Below are positions 52,616-64,000 of a DNA stretch of 64,000 bases, piece after piece. Position numbers and translations under genes: made by a program. Under the pieces are notes generated by a model. The model saw nothing but the letters and a program-made list of their open reading frames with translations, was not told the DNA's origin and ran no database searches. The stretch's first letter is position 1; every line of letters starts with the position of its first letter. This DNA comes from Octopus bimaculoides (Eukaryota): NCBI RefSeq assembly GCF_001194135.2, contig NC_068982.1, positions 152,063,954-152,127,953 on the forward strand, given 5' to 3'.

Positions 52616-52790
52616 ATATATATATAGGTATATGCATATATATTTGTGTTTGTGTATGTGTTTATTTGTATATNNNNNNNNNNNNNNNNNNNNNNNNNNN
52701 NNNNNNNNNNNNNNNNNNNNNNNNNNNNNNNNNNNNNNNNNNNNNNNNNNNNNNNNNNNNNNNNNNNNNNNNNNNNNNNNNNNNNNGGAA

Positions 52791-52980
52791 TGGAAAAACC
52801 CTTAAAGCCACAAGGAAGCACATTTTCACATTATACTGGGAGGGGAGATAACTGCCCCTCAGCAAGCAAGATCACTATACAAGTCTAGTTTCAGTTGAAA
52901 ATTACAAGCTCATCAGTAGTAACTTACCTCCCTTATCAGTATATGAAAATGTGCTTTCTTGTGGTTCTAAGAGTTTTCCA
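52791..52980. mobile_element. ~190-bp MITE-like element with ~50-65-bp imperfect TIRs
   Basis: tggaaaaacccttaaagccacaaggaagcacattttcacattatactg vs reverse complement of cagtatatgaaaatgtgctttcttgtggttctaagagttttcca; left flank abuts an N gap. Confidence 0.7.
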
Positions 52981-54994
52981 ACTTTTATTTCTAGCACTAT
53001 AGGTGCCATCCAGCACCCTCAGTTACAATTAGTGACAAATGAATTTTTTCCTATTTGGTTTTATATTGCATATAACTGCCTATGTTATTTTATAGTTGAA
53101 AAACTTCACAGGTTACTGGGTTTCATGTAACTGACAATCTAAGAGAAGTGAACTGTTGGAATAATACGATGGTTTGTAAATACTTATAAGTGTAACAGTG
53201 ATAATTATTTAGTAACTCACCAAATAAACACTTAAAGCTGATTCGACAGAGGCATATCACTTTCAGAATTACTGGAATCTGTTGGATGATAACAACTAAC
53301 CATTAAAAAGACATAATATATGCATTAAAAATGAGTGAAAGTTATATTAAAACCTGAATAAATAATTTGCTTATACATATTGCAGTGAAGAAGGAAGCCA
53401 TCTTAGAAATAAAGAGTTTATGAAAAATATTTTGCAAATTATTTTGTTAAAATAAAAATGGTGAATGAGTATCAGTGGAGTTTGTGGAATGTTCATGGCA
53501 GGCAGAGAAGAAAGAGAAGAAGGAAAATGAGAAAGAAAAGGTGACAGTAAAGAGAAAAGCAAAAGAGGGAAAGAGAAAGAAAAAAGATGCTAGCTAAATA
53601 AAAAGAAACATTATTAGTCACAATCAATAGTTTGTATCTACAATTATGGATAAGAAACAAATGTATATATGTAGAGATGTACACAGGAGAGATAGGCAGG
53701 AGTAGAAAACATATATTTAGTATGGAAATTAGATTGATATATGCCTAAAGGCAAATCTCTATCACATCCTACTTGTAGGGTGTGAAGGAAATACAAATCA
53801 AACACAGATACACAGAGACAGAATAAAATTCAATCAAAATAAAACATGCAATTCATTTTTGAAATATGTAAGGAGATGGAGAAAATATATTTGAGGATAT
53901 GTAAAAAAAAATCAATCAAATCAATATAAAGTTGGAGTGATATAAGAAACAATACAATAGAATAATAATATAACATTACATATAAAGGGTCATTGAAAGA
54001 TCTAAAAGGTAAAAGGAGAAAAAAATGAATAAAGATCGAATGCGATGGTTGGAAGGAAACAATGCGAGTGCAAAAGTGGAAAAATATGTCCAACATATTC
54101 AAAGTAATAACAAAAGAACTGAAAAAAAAAACATATGTAATAATGGGGGATGGTTTTATACATTAATCATTTGATAATAAAGGTCATGAAATCAAAAATG
54201 TCAAAGAATGCCCACAATAGTTCAATAGTCCATATTTTCAATTCAAGACGGAATTATCCTGAAACAATATAAAATATTTCTTGCTTAAGCATAGCAGATA
54301 TTTCATAAAGTGGTGGTAGGATTTATGCCTGTATGGGCTTGCTCTTTCCAAGATGGATTGCAATTATTATGCTTGTTACCATATGTAAATGTGAATTATT
54401 TAATCTGGTTTTAATTTTGACTGACTAATTTCTAATGATTAAATTATTTTTCATCAGCAGTCAGTCGTTTTCATCCTACCATTTCTAGCAATTTTGAAGA
54501 ATGATAACCCCACCCTCTGTCCAATCAGCTTTAAATGTTTATCTCATAAATTACTAAATAATTATTACTGCTCCATTTATAAATATTTATAAATCACTAC
54601 ATTATTCTAACAATTCACTTTAATTTGATCATCAATTACATGAAATTCTGGGCAACAGTTTGTGAAATTTTTCACCTTCAATAAAAACACTTTATTTTAC
54701 TCTACCTTTGACATCTGAGTGCTATTTTCTCCACCATTTTTCACACTTGTGTGCCAACATGTCTGTGTGCGTATATAAACACACACACACATAATTATAT
54801 ACATATAATATACACACCACACATACACATACACACACACACTCACATATGTAAGGAGTGTATAAAGTTATAAATGATTACTAGATTACTTGAATCCATA
54901 TACATTGACATGTAGTTCTGCACATGAATGTGTACATGTAAGAGATAAATATTCATAAGTATTATCATCCTCATTATTATTACTAAAGATGAAG

Positions 54995-55200
54995 AGCTGG
55001 CAGAATTGTTACCATGCCAGACAAAATTCTAAGTGAAATTTCTTCCAGCTTTACATTCTAAATTCAAATTCCACCAAAGTCAGCTTTGCCTTTCATCCTT
55101 TCAAGGTTGATAAAATACCAGTTGAGCACTGGGTTCTAAGTAATTGACTATCGCCTTTCCCCAAAATTCCAGGCCTTGTGCCTATATTAAAAATTATTAC
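54995..55200 (+). mobile_element. SINE family B, near full length
   Basis: gagctggcagaattgtta (A-box-like) ... aattcaaattccacc (B-box-like) ... ctttgcctttcatcctttcaaggttgataaaataccagttgagcactggg ... ccaggccttgtgcc. Confidence 0.75.
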
Positions 55201-56344
55201 ATAAAATTACCATGAAAAACTATTCTTAATTTAGAATCATTTAGTTGTATAATAAATTTTGGAATGATTTTCAGTTATTTACTCCATGTCATATCAAGTA
55301 GCACTTATTTACTAGTAGCAGTTACTTACTCTATGTCATATCAAGTAGAATGTAATAAACATCCCTCCTTCTTGTTATGTAAACATTTACCTCTTAGATC
55401 ATTATTTGTTCTTCATTTGATCTATACTATACATAGTTCCATAATTGTCATCCAACATTTTTTATAATTGTAATTCTCATCAGATGAGAGCTAGCCATTT
55501 ATTTCATAAACATTGCTAGTCTAATCAATTTAGCTCAACATGCTAACCATGCAAATGGCCTTGTGGTTATGATGTGGGCTCATACTTTGATCACAAGACT
55601 GTGATCATTGTGTCTTTGATTAAGTTACTTCATTTCACATTGCTTTGGTCTAGTCACTGAAAAATCAGTGCCAGCAGCTACTAGGAATTTACTCTATGAC
55701 AATGAAATTCTAATCAGGGAGCAGTTTGTACTATCAGTTGCTTAAATGCCTTAAAAACTGGGGTAAACTCCAGCCTAATGAGCTGGTGGGCTTGAAACAA
55801 TCAATTTTTATATTATTTATTCTCTTAATATAGCTTATATTTATATCTATATATCTTATATATTTATATCTATATATCTTATATTTATATCTAATATATC
55901 TTAATATTTTCATGGATAGGTTACATAAGTTATTCACTATTGTTTAACTATAACACACTGTTAGTCTTTGTTTTTATTTCTTTTGCTAAATATTTAATTT
56001 CATCATTTGTTGCTTGATATTTCTCTTTGCATGATCATGTCAATATCAATGCTTTCACTGCTATAATCCCTTGCAGCAGCTTACTGCATCAGTTGCTCAC
56101 TTTATCTGTAGCTTAATTCATCTGTGCTCTTACTATCATTATGTTTCCCTCAAGCTTATATCATCTGTTCACATATTGCTCGACAATTTACATTACACCA
56201 CTCACCACTTGATATTATATTCCCTTTTCAGTTTGCATCTTGCACTTTGATTTATTTTTTCCTTATTTGAGAATATTTTATTAGTCATACAATGCATAAT
56301 AAAATTTATTTAATAATACATACATCACCACCACCACTACCACC

Positions 56345-57025
56345 ATTATCATCATCATCATCATTATCCTTGTAATAAACAGTTCCATCATCTTTGTTTT
56401 GTATCTGAGTTCTCAGTATCTGCATAGGTTGGCTGGGTTATTTAGTACAGCATCTTGCTACCTGATGCATCTCTTCATTATGCTCTTTGAGGTTCAGCCT
56501 TTTGAGATCAGCTCTTACTACTTCTTCCCATGTCTTCTTTGATCTTCCACTTATGCAGATTCCTTCCACTTGGATTACTTAGCACTTTTTTACCCAACTG
56601 CCATCCTCTATACATATCACATGTCTGTACCAATATGGTCTTTTCTCTTGTATACCACATTTAATTCTTCATATACCACTTTTCTCTCAGTTCATTTGGG
56701 CTCGGTCATTCATGCATACTAGCATTACACATCTATCAAACATGACTGCCATTAAATTTCATGCCTTCATATATCTTCCTCATTCAATGCCATGTTTTGC
56801 TACCATGCAACATTGCATTTTGCACGCAGGTATCCTACAATCACCTTTCAATAGAGAGAGAGACCTTCTTTGTTTCCTCCAAAGCTTTTAGTGCTCTGAA
56901 CTTTTTCCACCATGTTCTTCCTCAGAGTACTATGTTTTCAAAATATACCCCTTCACTGATAATTGAGTCACTTGAATAACAAAAACTATCAGCATCTACA
57001 AGGAAACCTTCAGAACATTTGAAAG
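56345..57025 (-). mobile_element. RTE family B ORF2 C-terminal remnant
   Basis: [15 protein letters not shown]...WWKKFRAL...DTCVQNAMLHGSKTW...MCNASMH...ELREK, a decayed version of the RTE segment VVDSFCYLGD...MLHGSETW; ends in a TGA tail at ~56345. Confidence 0.75.
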
Positions 57026-58560
57026 ATGTATGTATGTATGTATGTATGTATGTATGTATGTATGTATGTATGTATGTATGTATGTATGAATGAATGTATG
57101 TATGAATGAATGTATGTACATATGTATGTATGTATGTATGTATGCCTGTATGTATGTCTGTATGCATGTGTGTATGCATGTATGTGCATGACTCTGTGAG
57201 TGTATGTATATATGCATGCATTCATGCATACATCCCTAACACATCAACTTTTAATGGCGCTTAAGAAATCTCTCATTTGATTATACTTTTTTCATTATGG
57301 TTTATCTCACCATTCATTTGTTTATATTTGTTCTACATTACCACCATCTTACCTTCTTTTTAACACATTATGTAAACCACATTAGTTCTGTATTTTCTGC
57401 CTGTCTTTTATTTTTTCCCAAATGATGCTTCATTTGATTGTGATTGTTGTGTGCCATTTATATCCCATGTTTCCTTCCCAATACACAAACGGTCCAAACC
57501 CTTGTGATATATCCCCATAATTGTATGTATATGTTGTTAAATGTTTCTTCTCTCCCTCTATGTATTGATGTAGCTGTCATGTGATAAATGAACATTTAGA
57601 TCATAAAATTCTTTATAATCCTTCTTTTCTTCTAATTGAAAATAAACTACAGTTCATAAAAGAATTTAATTTTCTTGATCTGATTACAATAATAGAGCAT
57701 CACTGTGGTTTTGTTTATTGTTGTTTTTCAGCCAGTGTTTATTAAATGATATTTTCATTTAACTTTCACTTANNNNNNNNNNNNNNNNNNNNNNNNNNNN
57801 NNNNNNNNNNNNNNNNNNNNNNNNNNNNNNNNNNNNNNNNNNNNNNNNNNNNNNNNNNNNNNNNNNNNNNNNNNNNNNNNNNNNNNNNNNNNNNNNNNNN
57901 NNNNNNNNNNNNNNNNNNNNNNNNNNNNNNNNNNNNNNNNNNNNNNNNNNNNNNNNNNNNNNNNNNNNNNNNNNNNNNNNNNNNNNNNNNNNNNNNNNNN
58001 NNNNNNNNNNNNNNNNNNNNNNNNNNNNNNNNNNNNNNNNNNNNNNNNNNNNNNNNNNNNNNNNNNNNNNNNNNNNNNNNNNNNNNNNNNNNNNNNNNNN
58101 NNNNNNNNNNNNNNNNNNNNNNNNNNNNNNNNNNNNNNNNNNNNNNNNNNNNNNNNNNNNNNNNNNNNNNNNNNNNNNNNNNNNNNNNNNNNNNNNNNNN
58201 NNNNNNNNNNNNNNNNNNNNNNNNNNNNNNNNNNNNNNNNNNNNNNNNNNNNNNNNNNNNNNNNNNNNNNNNNNNNNNNNNNNNNNNNNNNNNNNNNNNN
58301 NNNNNNNNNNNNNNNNNNNNNNNNNNNNNNNNNNNNNNNNNNNNNNNNNNNNNNNNNNNNNNNNNNNNNNNNNNNNNNNNNNNNNNNNNNNNNNNNNNNN
58401 NNNNNNNNNNNNNNNNNNNNNNNNNNNNNNNNNNNNNNNNNNNNNNNNNNNNNNNNNNNNNNNNNNNNNNNNNNNNNNNNNNNNNNNNNNNNNNNNNNNN
58501 NNNNNNNNNNNNNNNNNNNNNNNNNNNNNNNNNNNNNNNNNNNNNNNNNNNNNNNNNNNN

Positions 58561-58604
<44 letters not shown>

Positions 58605-58952
58605 CATATGTGAGTATATATATGTATGTATGTATGTATGTTTGAAAATTTTATTTCCAAGATTTCATTATTAAAATTTTGTCACTGCTTTGTCACTTGC
58701 TTTGTCACCAAATGACTGCTTGTATCTGCGGGACTGGTTGTCTCGTCTCACAGGTCCTATTAAGACTTAAACTCAATAATCCTACCAAATTTACAAATAT
58801 AGTTTCTATAGAGATTATTCTACATTTTACATCCTAAGTTTGAATTCTATTTGTAACACGCAGATCGGTGCCCGTTGGTGACAGGCCTACTAAGTCCCTG
58901 AAATGGACCTATTTCTGACATTCCAGTCTCCGCATCTTTGTTTGCATTGCAG

Positions 58953-59018
58953 ATGCTGAGGACGACAGCCGTGTGGAAGATGGAGGGTCAAACAACACCT
59001 ACGTACAGTGTGTATTAT
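58953..59018 (+). CDS. Candidate 66-nt cassette exon of the HCN gene (S4-S5 linker)
   Basis: Branch-point-like ttctgac at 58913-58919, pyrimidine tract, ttgcag acceptor, consensus gtgagt donor at 59019. Phase 0 frame (compatible with the S4 exon end) is open: MLRTTAVWKMEGQTTPTYSVYY. GC-rich, non-repetitive island. No transcript evidence available. Confidence 0.6.
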
Positions 59019-59074
59019 GTGAGTTAAGACAGCTGTCACCACTGGGCTGACATCCAGTGACACTACTCCTACTT

Positions 59075-59166
59075 CTACTGATAATAACTACCATAACTAC
59101 ATAATCATTTATTCTAATTAACATACAACCACCACCAACACCAACTCAACAACCACCGCCACTACA

Positions 59167-59198
<32 letters not shown>

Positions 59199-59300
59199 AG
59201 TAATTCTACAATCACAATAGCAACAGACATAATAATTACAATAGTTTTCTCCCATAATACAACTGTTATCATTATTATTAATGCTTCTATTATTACTACT
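59075..59300. repeat. Mixed (ACT)n/(ACC)n/(ATT)n trinucleotide microsatellite
   Basis: Directly visible. TA, TG, TATG, TCA and TAA microsatellites also occur throughout the window. Confidence 0.9.
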
Positions 59301-60512
59301 ATTATTACAATTCACTTAAGTTCTTCATTGAATGAACATGTATCTATCACACATTTCCAACATTAACAAAAATTCCCATTTACCACCAGACAAACAAAAC
59401 GTCAGTCAAACAGTCCAACAATCATATAATTCAATCAATTAATCAATCAATTAATCTATCAATCAAACAAATAGGCAGGCAGGCAGGCAGGCAGGCAGGT
59501 AGACAGAGAGAGAGAAAAAAAGAAAAAGAGTGAGAGAGAGAGACAGACTTTTTTTTTTTTGTAATTTTTGTTAATTCTTTGTCTGTCCAATAAAGAAGAT
59601 TGCTTTACCAAGCAAAAATGGAGAACCAAGGGAAGGAAGATAATTTTATGGTAGCAATGCTGATCAATGTTCTACAGAGAGAGAAGTTGACCAATCCATC
59701 CAACCATTATTCACTCACCGATCTGCGTTTTACATAAATAAGAGTTAACAGTTTTAAGATTAGTTTTCTTCCAAGCAAAACCATTCCAATAATTGAAATT
59801 CCTAATGATTAATAACTAATGAGTCCTTAATAAGAACATTAATTAAAATAGTAAAGCATTTATGAAAACAAAATTTTTTTATGAATTTAAAATGTAAAAT
59901 TATTTTGAAGTTAAATGCTAATTCAAATTATAAATAAATTTCTCTGTTATTCAGAGATGTATCAGATTTAAATAATAATCCAAAGGTACTTTATATTAGT
60001 CTTCATTAAGTTATTGGCACACTCTTTTACTTAAGGACATAACGTTCCTGAAATTCTTAACTTATCTGTTGTATTTCATAGATTTTCTCAAAAATCTTCA
60101 AAACCATTGTTGTTAAAGTGTGAAAGAAAATTTTCTATCAATTTGATAAACACATTAGTCAAAATGTAAAAGAGGAAATTTCTCTCCTTGCAATCACTCA
60201 ATGTACCTTTTTCTATCTTTAAAACCTAACTTCCTAACATCAATAAGAAGTAATAATAAATATATAAAATAAATAAAATTTCTCCCTAACAATATTCAAA
60301 TTGAATGAATAGATTTATTGATTTATGTATATTTACCTTCTCATTTCCATGAGGACTCTTGTTATGGAATTCTTAAATCATTCTCTTTGTCTGGTTTAAT
60401 TTGTGTCAATGATTGCCAATATGCATATATATATATACATATATATATATGTGTATGTGCATGTGTGTGTGTGTGTAAGTATATATGTATGCATGTATAT
60501 ATATATATGTAA

Positions 60513-60574
<62 letters not shown>

Positions 60575-61096
60575 AAGTATATATGTATGCATGTATATTT
60601 ATATATACATACATATATGTGTGTGTGTGTGTGTGTATGTGTGTATGTTTGTGTTTGTATTCATGCAGTAACATTTACTTGTTTAAGCATTGATAAATTC
60701 AATTTTATACAAATTTGTTACATTCTAATGCAATATAAATAATAATGGTTTTGTTGGAAAGAATTCAGTTATTCAAATTCCCAAACAGGAAAAGAAAAAG
60801 TCACAATTTACAGATGTTGCAAAATACTTTAGATATTAAAGCAGATATCACTGAAAAGTATTAAGTCGGACATTAGTTCTGTCAAGCCTGACTAACAGCA
60901 GTGAAATGTAATTCTGGACTTAAAGAGCATTTCAAATATCTGCTATTAAAAAGAAAGAATAAGACACCTCTCTTGGACTGTACAATTCTTCTTCTTCTCT
61001 CTCTCTCTCTCTCCCTCTCTCTCTCTCATCAGATCTATTGGTTCTGTTGCATTCTCCTTTACCTCCTTCTCATCCTCTTCCACTTATTGTTATATT

Positions 61097-61140
<44 letters not shown>

Positions 61141-61159
61141 GATGCTATTATTATTAATG

Positions 61160-61191
<32 letters not shown>

Positions 61192-61844
61192 CCAGTTAGC
61201 TCTCCCACCTGCTCCGCCATCTTTAACATTCTTAACTGACATATAATATGTTACTTCTTCTCATACCAACCTCTAATCCATAAGGTTGATATTCTTTCAA
61301 CAAATTCACTTTAAACTCAATCCTGTCTCTTCTTATGCTTATTTTATTGTTTTGTTTATTTCATTTCACCATTTAAAGGCAAAAGAAAGAAACTGAACTG
61401 GTATTATTCTTTTCTTTAGTCCAATATATTTTTAGATAACCAAAGACTTGTTTGTATATGAAAGAAAATCGATGGGTTTTAAAGTAAAATAGAAATATAC
61501 ACATTGATAAAAAAATCTACCCAAAACACCACTGCTATTCCTTTACTCTCAAAGGAAATAATATATAAATTTTCAACGCGGAAGAGAATATGCATTTTCC
61601 TGACATACTATGAAATTACTAAATATATATATCTGAAACATCAAAAGAAAAAAAAGGAATGGTTTTAATTGATATTGATAGATCTGTTAAAAAATTTTGG
61701 ATCCAGTATACAGCACATAAAAAATTTTACTGTTTTTTTTTTTTTTGTATGATGCTCAACTTTTTTCTTTTATTCATTTACATGCGTTTTCTTTTGCTCC
61801 CCATATGTGTGTGTGTGTGTGTCTTGGATGGGTATGCATGTGTA

Positions 61845-61895
<51 letters not shown>

Positions 61896-61947
61896 TTATG
61901 AATTTGTTTTGCAAGATTCCTGATGTGAAATTGTGTGTTGAAACAGA

Positions 61948-62322
61948 TATTGTTATATTTTGGGATGATCATTTTCTTTTCTTTTTTTTTTTCCAAATAA
62001 ACACATGCACTATATATTCATTCTTCACTTGTTTATTATTGTTGTTATTTTACCATAGATCCATTGCCTGTAAATCTTTTGTCACACATCTGTGACCTCT
62101 TCAGCAACCCTTTCCATCCATATGTATCCTCCAGAATGGGCTAGATGGAGGAAAAGTATACATGCGGATGGAAAAGGTCACTGAAGAGGTCACAGATGTG
62201 TGATGAAAGATTTCCAGACAATGGACATAAGATAGAATAAGAACAATAATGAGTGAAGAACAAATATATAATGTGTATGTTTATTTGGCAAAAAAAGGAA
62301 AATAACCATCCTGAAATATAAT

Positions 62323-62326
<4 letters not shown>
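61948..62326. repeat. ~380-bp imperfect fold-back palindrome (~180-bp arms, 12-nt loop)
   Basis: Core tcacacatctgtgacctcttcag / ctgaagaggtcacagatgtgtga is perfect; homology extends outward through tccattg, cttcact, ccaaataaaca and tatattt; loop 62134-62145. Confidence 0.9.
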
Positions 62327-62384
<58 letters not shown>

Positions 62385-62411
62385 AGGGAGGGAGAGAGAG
62401 AGAGAGAGAGG

Positions 62412-62845
62412 GGTGGTAAGAAACTTGCTTTCCAATTAAATGGTTCTGGGTTCAGTCGCACTTAAACAAGTATCTTCTACTATAGCCTCAGGCCAACGAA
62501 AGCCTTGTGAGCGGATTTGGTAGACAGAAACTGGAAGAAGCTCATTGTATGTGTATATATACACACACCACACACACACTTATATATATGTATATATCTC
62601 TGTATGTTTGTGCATGTGTGTGTGTGTGTCTTTGTGTCTGTGTTTGCCCATCCCCTCACCATTTGACAACCGGTGTTGGTGTGTTTGTGTCCCCATAACT
62701 TAGTGATTCAGCAAAAGAGATCAATAGAATAATTACCAAGGTTAAAAAAAAATGTACTTGGGTTGAGTTATTAGACTAAAAATTCAGGGTACTGACTCAG
62801 CATGACCACAGTCTTATGACTGAAACAAGTAAAGGTTGAAAATAA
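62412..62845 (+). mobile_element. SINE family A, full structure
   Basis: Head ggtggtaagaaacttgctttcc...gggttcagtcgcac...ttggtagacagaaactgg, microsatellite, 3' module ending cagcatgaccacagtcttatgactgaaacaagtaaa. Confidence 0.8.
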
Positions 62846-63064
62846 GATATTATTATATACATATCCATAAACATATATACTTGTGTATAAGTATGTATAT
62901 ATTCATATATATACACATATGCATACATACTCATATAATATGAATGCATATATATGTGTATATACACACGCACACCTTTAATTCATATATGCATACTCAT
63001 ATGTATGCATGCATAATGCTTGACCATGAAGGGCTCTGCTTCATCAACCTTCTTTCCCCACACA

Positions 63065-63342
63065 CACATTTTATCCCCTAACACCTCAAAAGCACTGGTG
63101 ACGGTACCACAAAAAAACCCAAAGAAACACTGGTGATAGTGTCATGTAAAAAGCTCTGGTGCTACTGCAAATAAAAAGCACTTTGTATCTTATGTAAAAT
63201 GGTTGGTGTTAGAAAGGGCACCCTGCTTTAGAAACTGAACCAAAACTGACTATAGAACCTGATGCAGCTCCTAGCTTTGCCAGCTCCTGTCAAACAGTCC
63301 AGCCCATGCCAGCATGGAAAACAGATGTTATATGATGATGAT
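63065..63342 (+). mobile_element. RTE family B 3' UTR fragment with decayed tandem units
   Basis: aaaagcactggtg.. units, ttggtgttagaaagggcacc, cagcccatgccagcatggaaaacagatgttatatgatgatg. Confidence 0.65.
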
Positions 63343-63347
63343 TTTTG

Positions 63348-63384
<37 letters not shown>

Positions 63385-63664
63385 ATACACACACGTGTGT
63401 GTATGTGTGTATACATGCATATGTTTGATGCTGGTTTGACACAGGCAGAGAATGCAATTAAGTGAGAAACTACTTAATTATGTTAGGTAGAGTGAAATAA
63501 TATTATTTATTCAAACATGAGTCTGTGTGAGTTGCTTACCTTCGGGCATATCAGAGGAACAGGAATAAAAAATTGATTAGCAACTCATGCTGACACACTT
63601 TTGAATAAATATTATATACATAATTATATGTATCTCTCTCTCTCTCTCTAAATATATATATATA

Positions 63665-64000
63665 TCATCATCATCATCGTTTAACGTCCGCTTTCCATGC
63701 TAGCATGGGTTGGACGATTTGATTGAGGACTGGTGAAACCGGATGGCAACACCAGGCTCCAATCTAATTTGGCAGAATTTCTACAGCTGGATGCCCTTCC
63801 TAACGCCAACCACTCAGAGAGTGTAGTGGGTGCTTTTACGTGTCACCCGCACGAAAACGGCCACGCTCGAAATGGTGTCTTTTATGTGCCACCCGCACAA
63901 CAGCCAGTCCAGGGGCACTGGCAACGATCTCGCTCGAAAACCCTACAAAGGCCAGTCAGGCGGTACTGGCAACAGTCACGCTCAAGATGGTACATCTTAT
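63665..64000 (-). mobile_element. Young-looking RTE family B 3' end, running off the window
   Basis: tcatcatcatcatcgtttaacgtccgctttccatgctagcatgggttggacg...; CpGs largely intact; closely matches 3628-3917. Confidence 0.8.

Noticed and set aside
54995-55080. tRNA gene
   Set aside because: A/B-box-like motifs belong to a SINE head continuing into the SINE body; no cloverleaf.
58859-58952. Upstream alternative acceptor (acacgcag at 58863) giving a 155-nt exon with an early stop (poison exon)
   Set aside because: Weak pyrimidine tract and no evidence of use; worth checking only if RNA-seq confirms the 66-nt exon.

Overview
AT-rich, microsatellite-saturated eukaryotic DNA with five N-gaps (3260-3627, 19227-19236, 25619-26102, 52674-52786, 57773-58560). 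The repeat families and the protein sequence point to a mollusc, most likely an octopus (inference). The window is almost entirely intronic sequence of one + strand gene, an HCN/Ih hyperpolarisation-activated cyclic-nucleotide-gated channel. Its 98-nt S4 voltage-sensor exon is at 24431-24528. A strong candidate 66-nt cassette exon at 58953-59018 would insert 22 aa into the S4-S5 linker and is bracketed by mutually exclusive RNA pairings. The introns are filled with decayed mobile DNA: RTE, CR1/L2/Jockey-like, R4/Dong-like and possibly Penelope-like retroelements, several SINE families, Tc1/mariner elements, MITEs, and an integrase-only Gypsy derivative nested in a LINE. Several long fold-back sequences would form dsRNA in the pre-mRNA (1683-1779, 26327-26661, 52791-52980, 61948-62326). 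Most ORFs in the supplied track are microsatellite or N artefacts. No rRNA, tRNA gene or CRISPR array is supportable.
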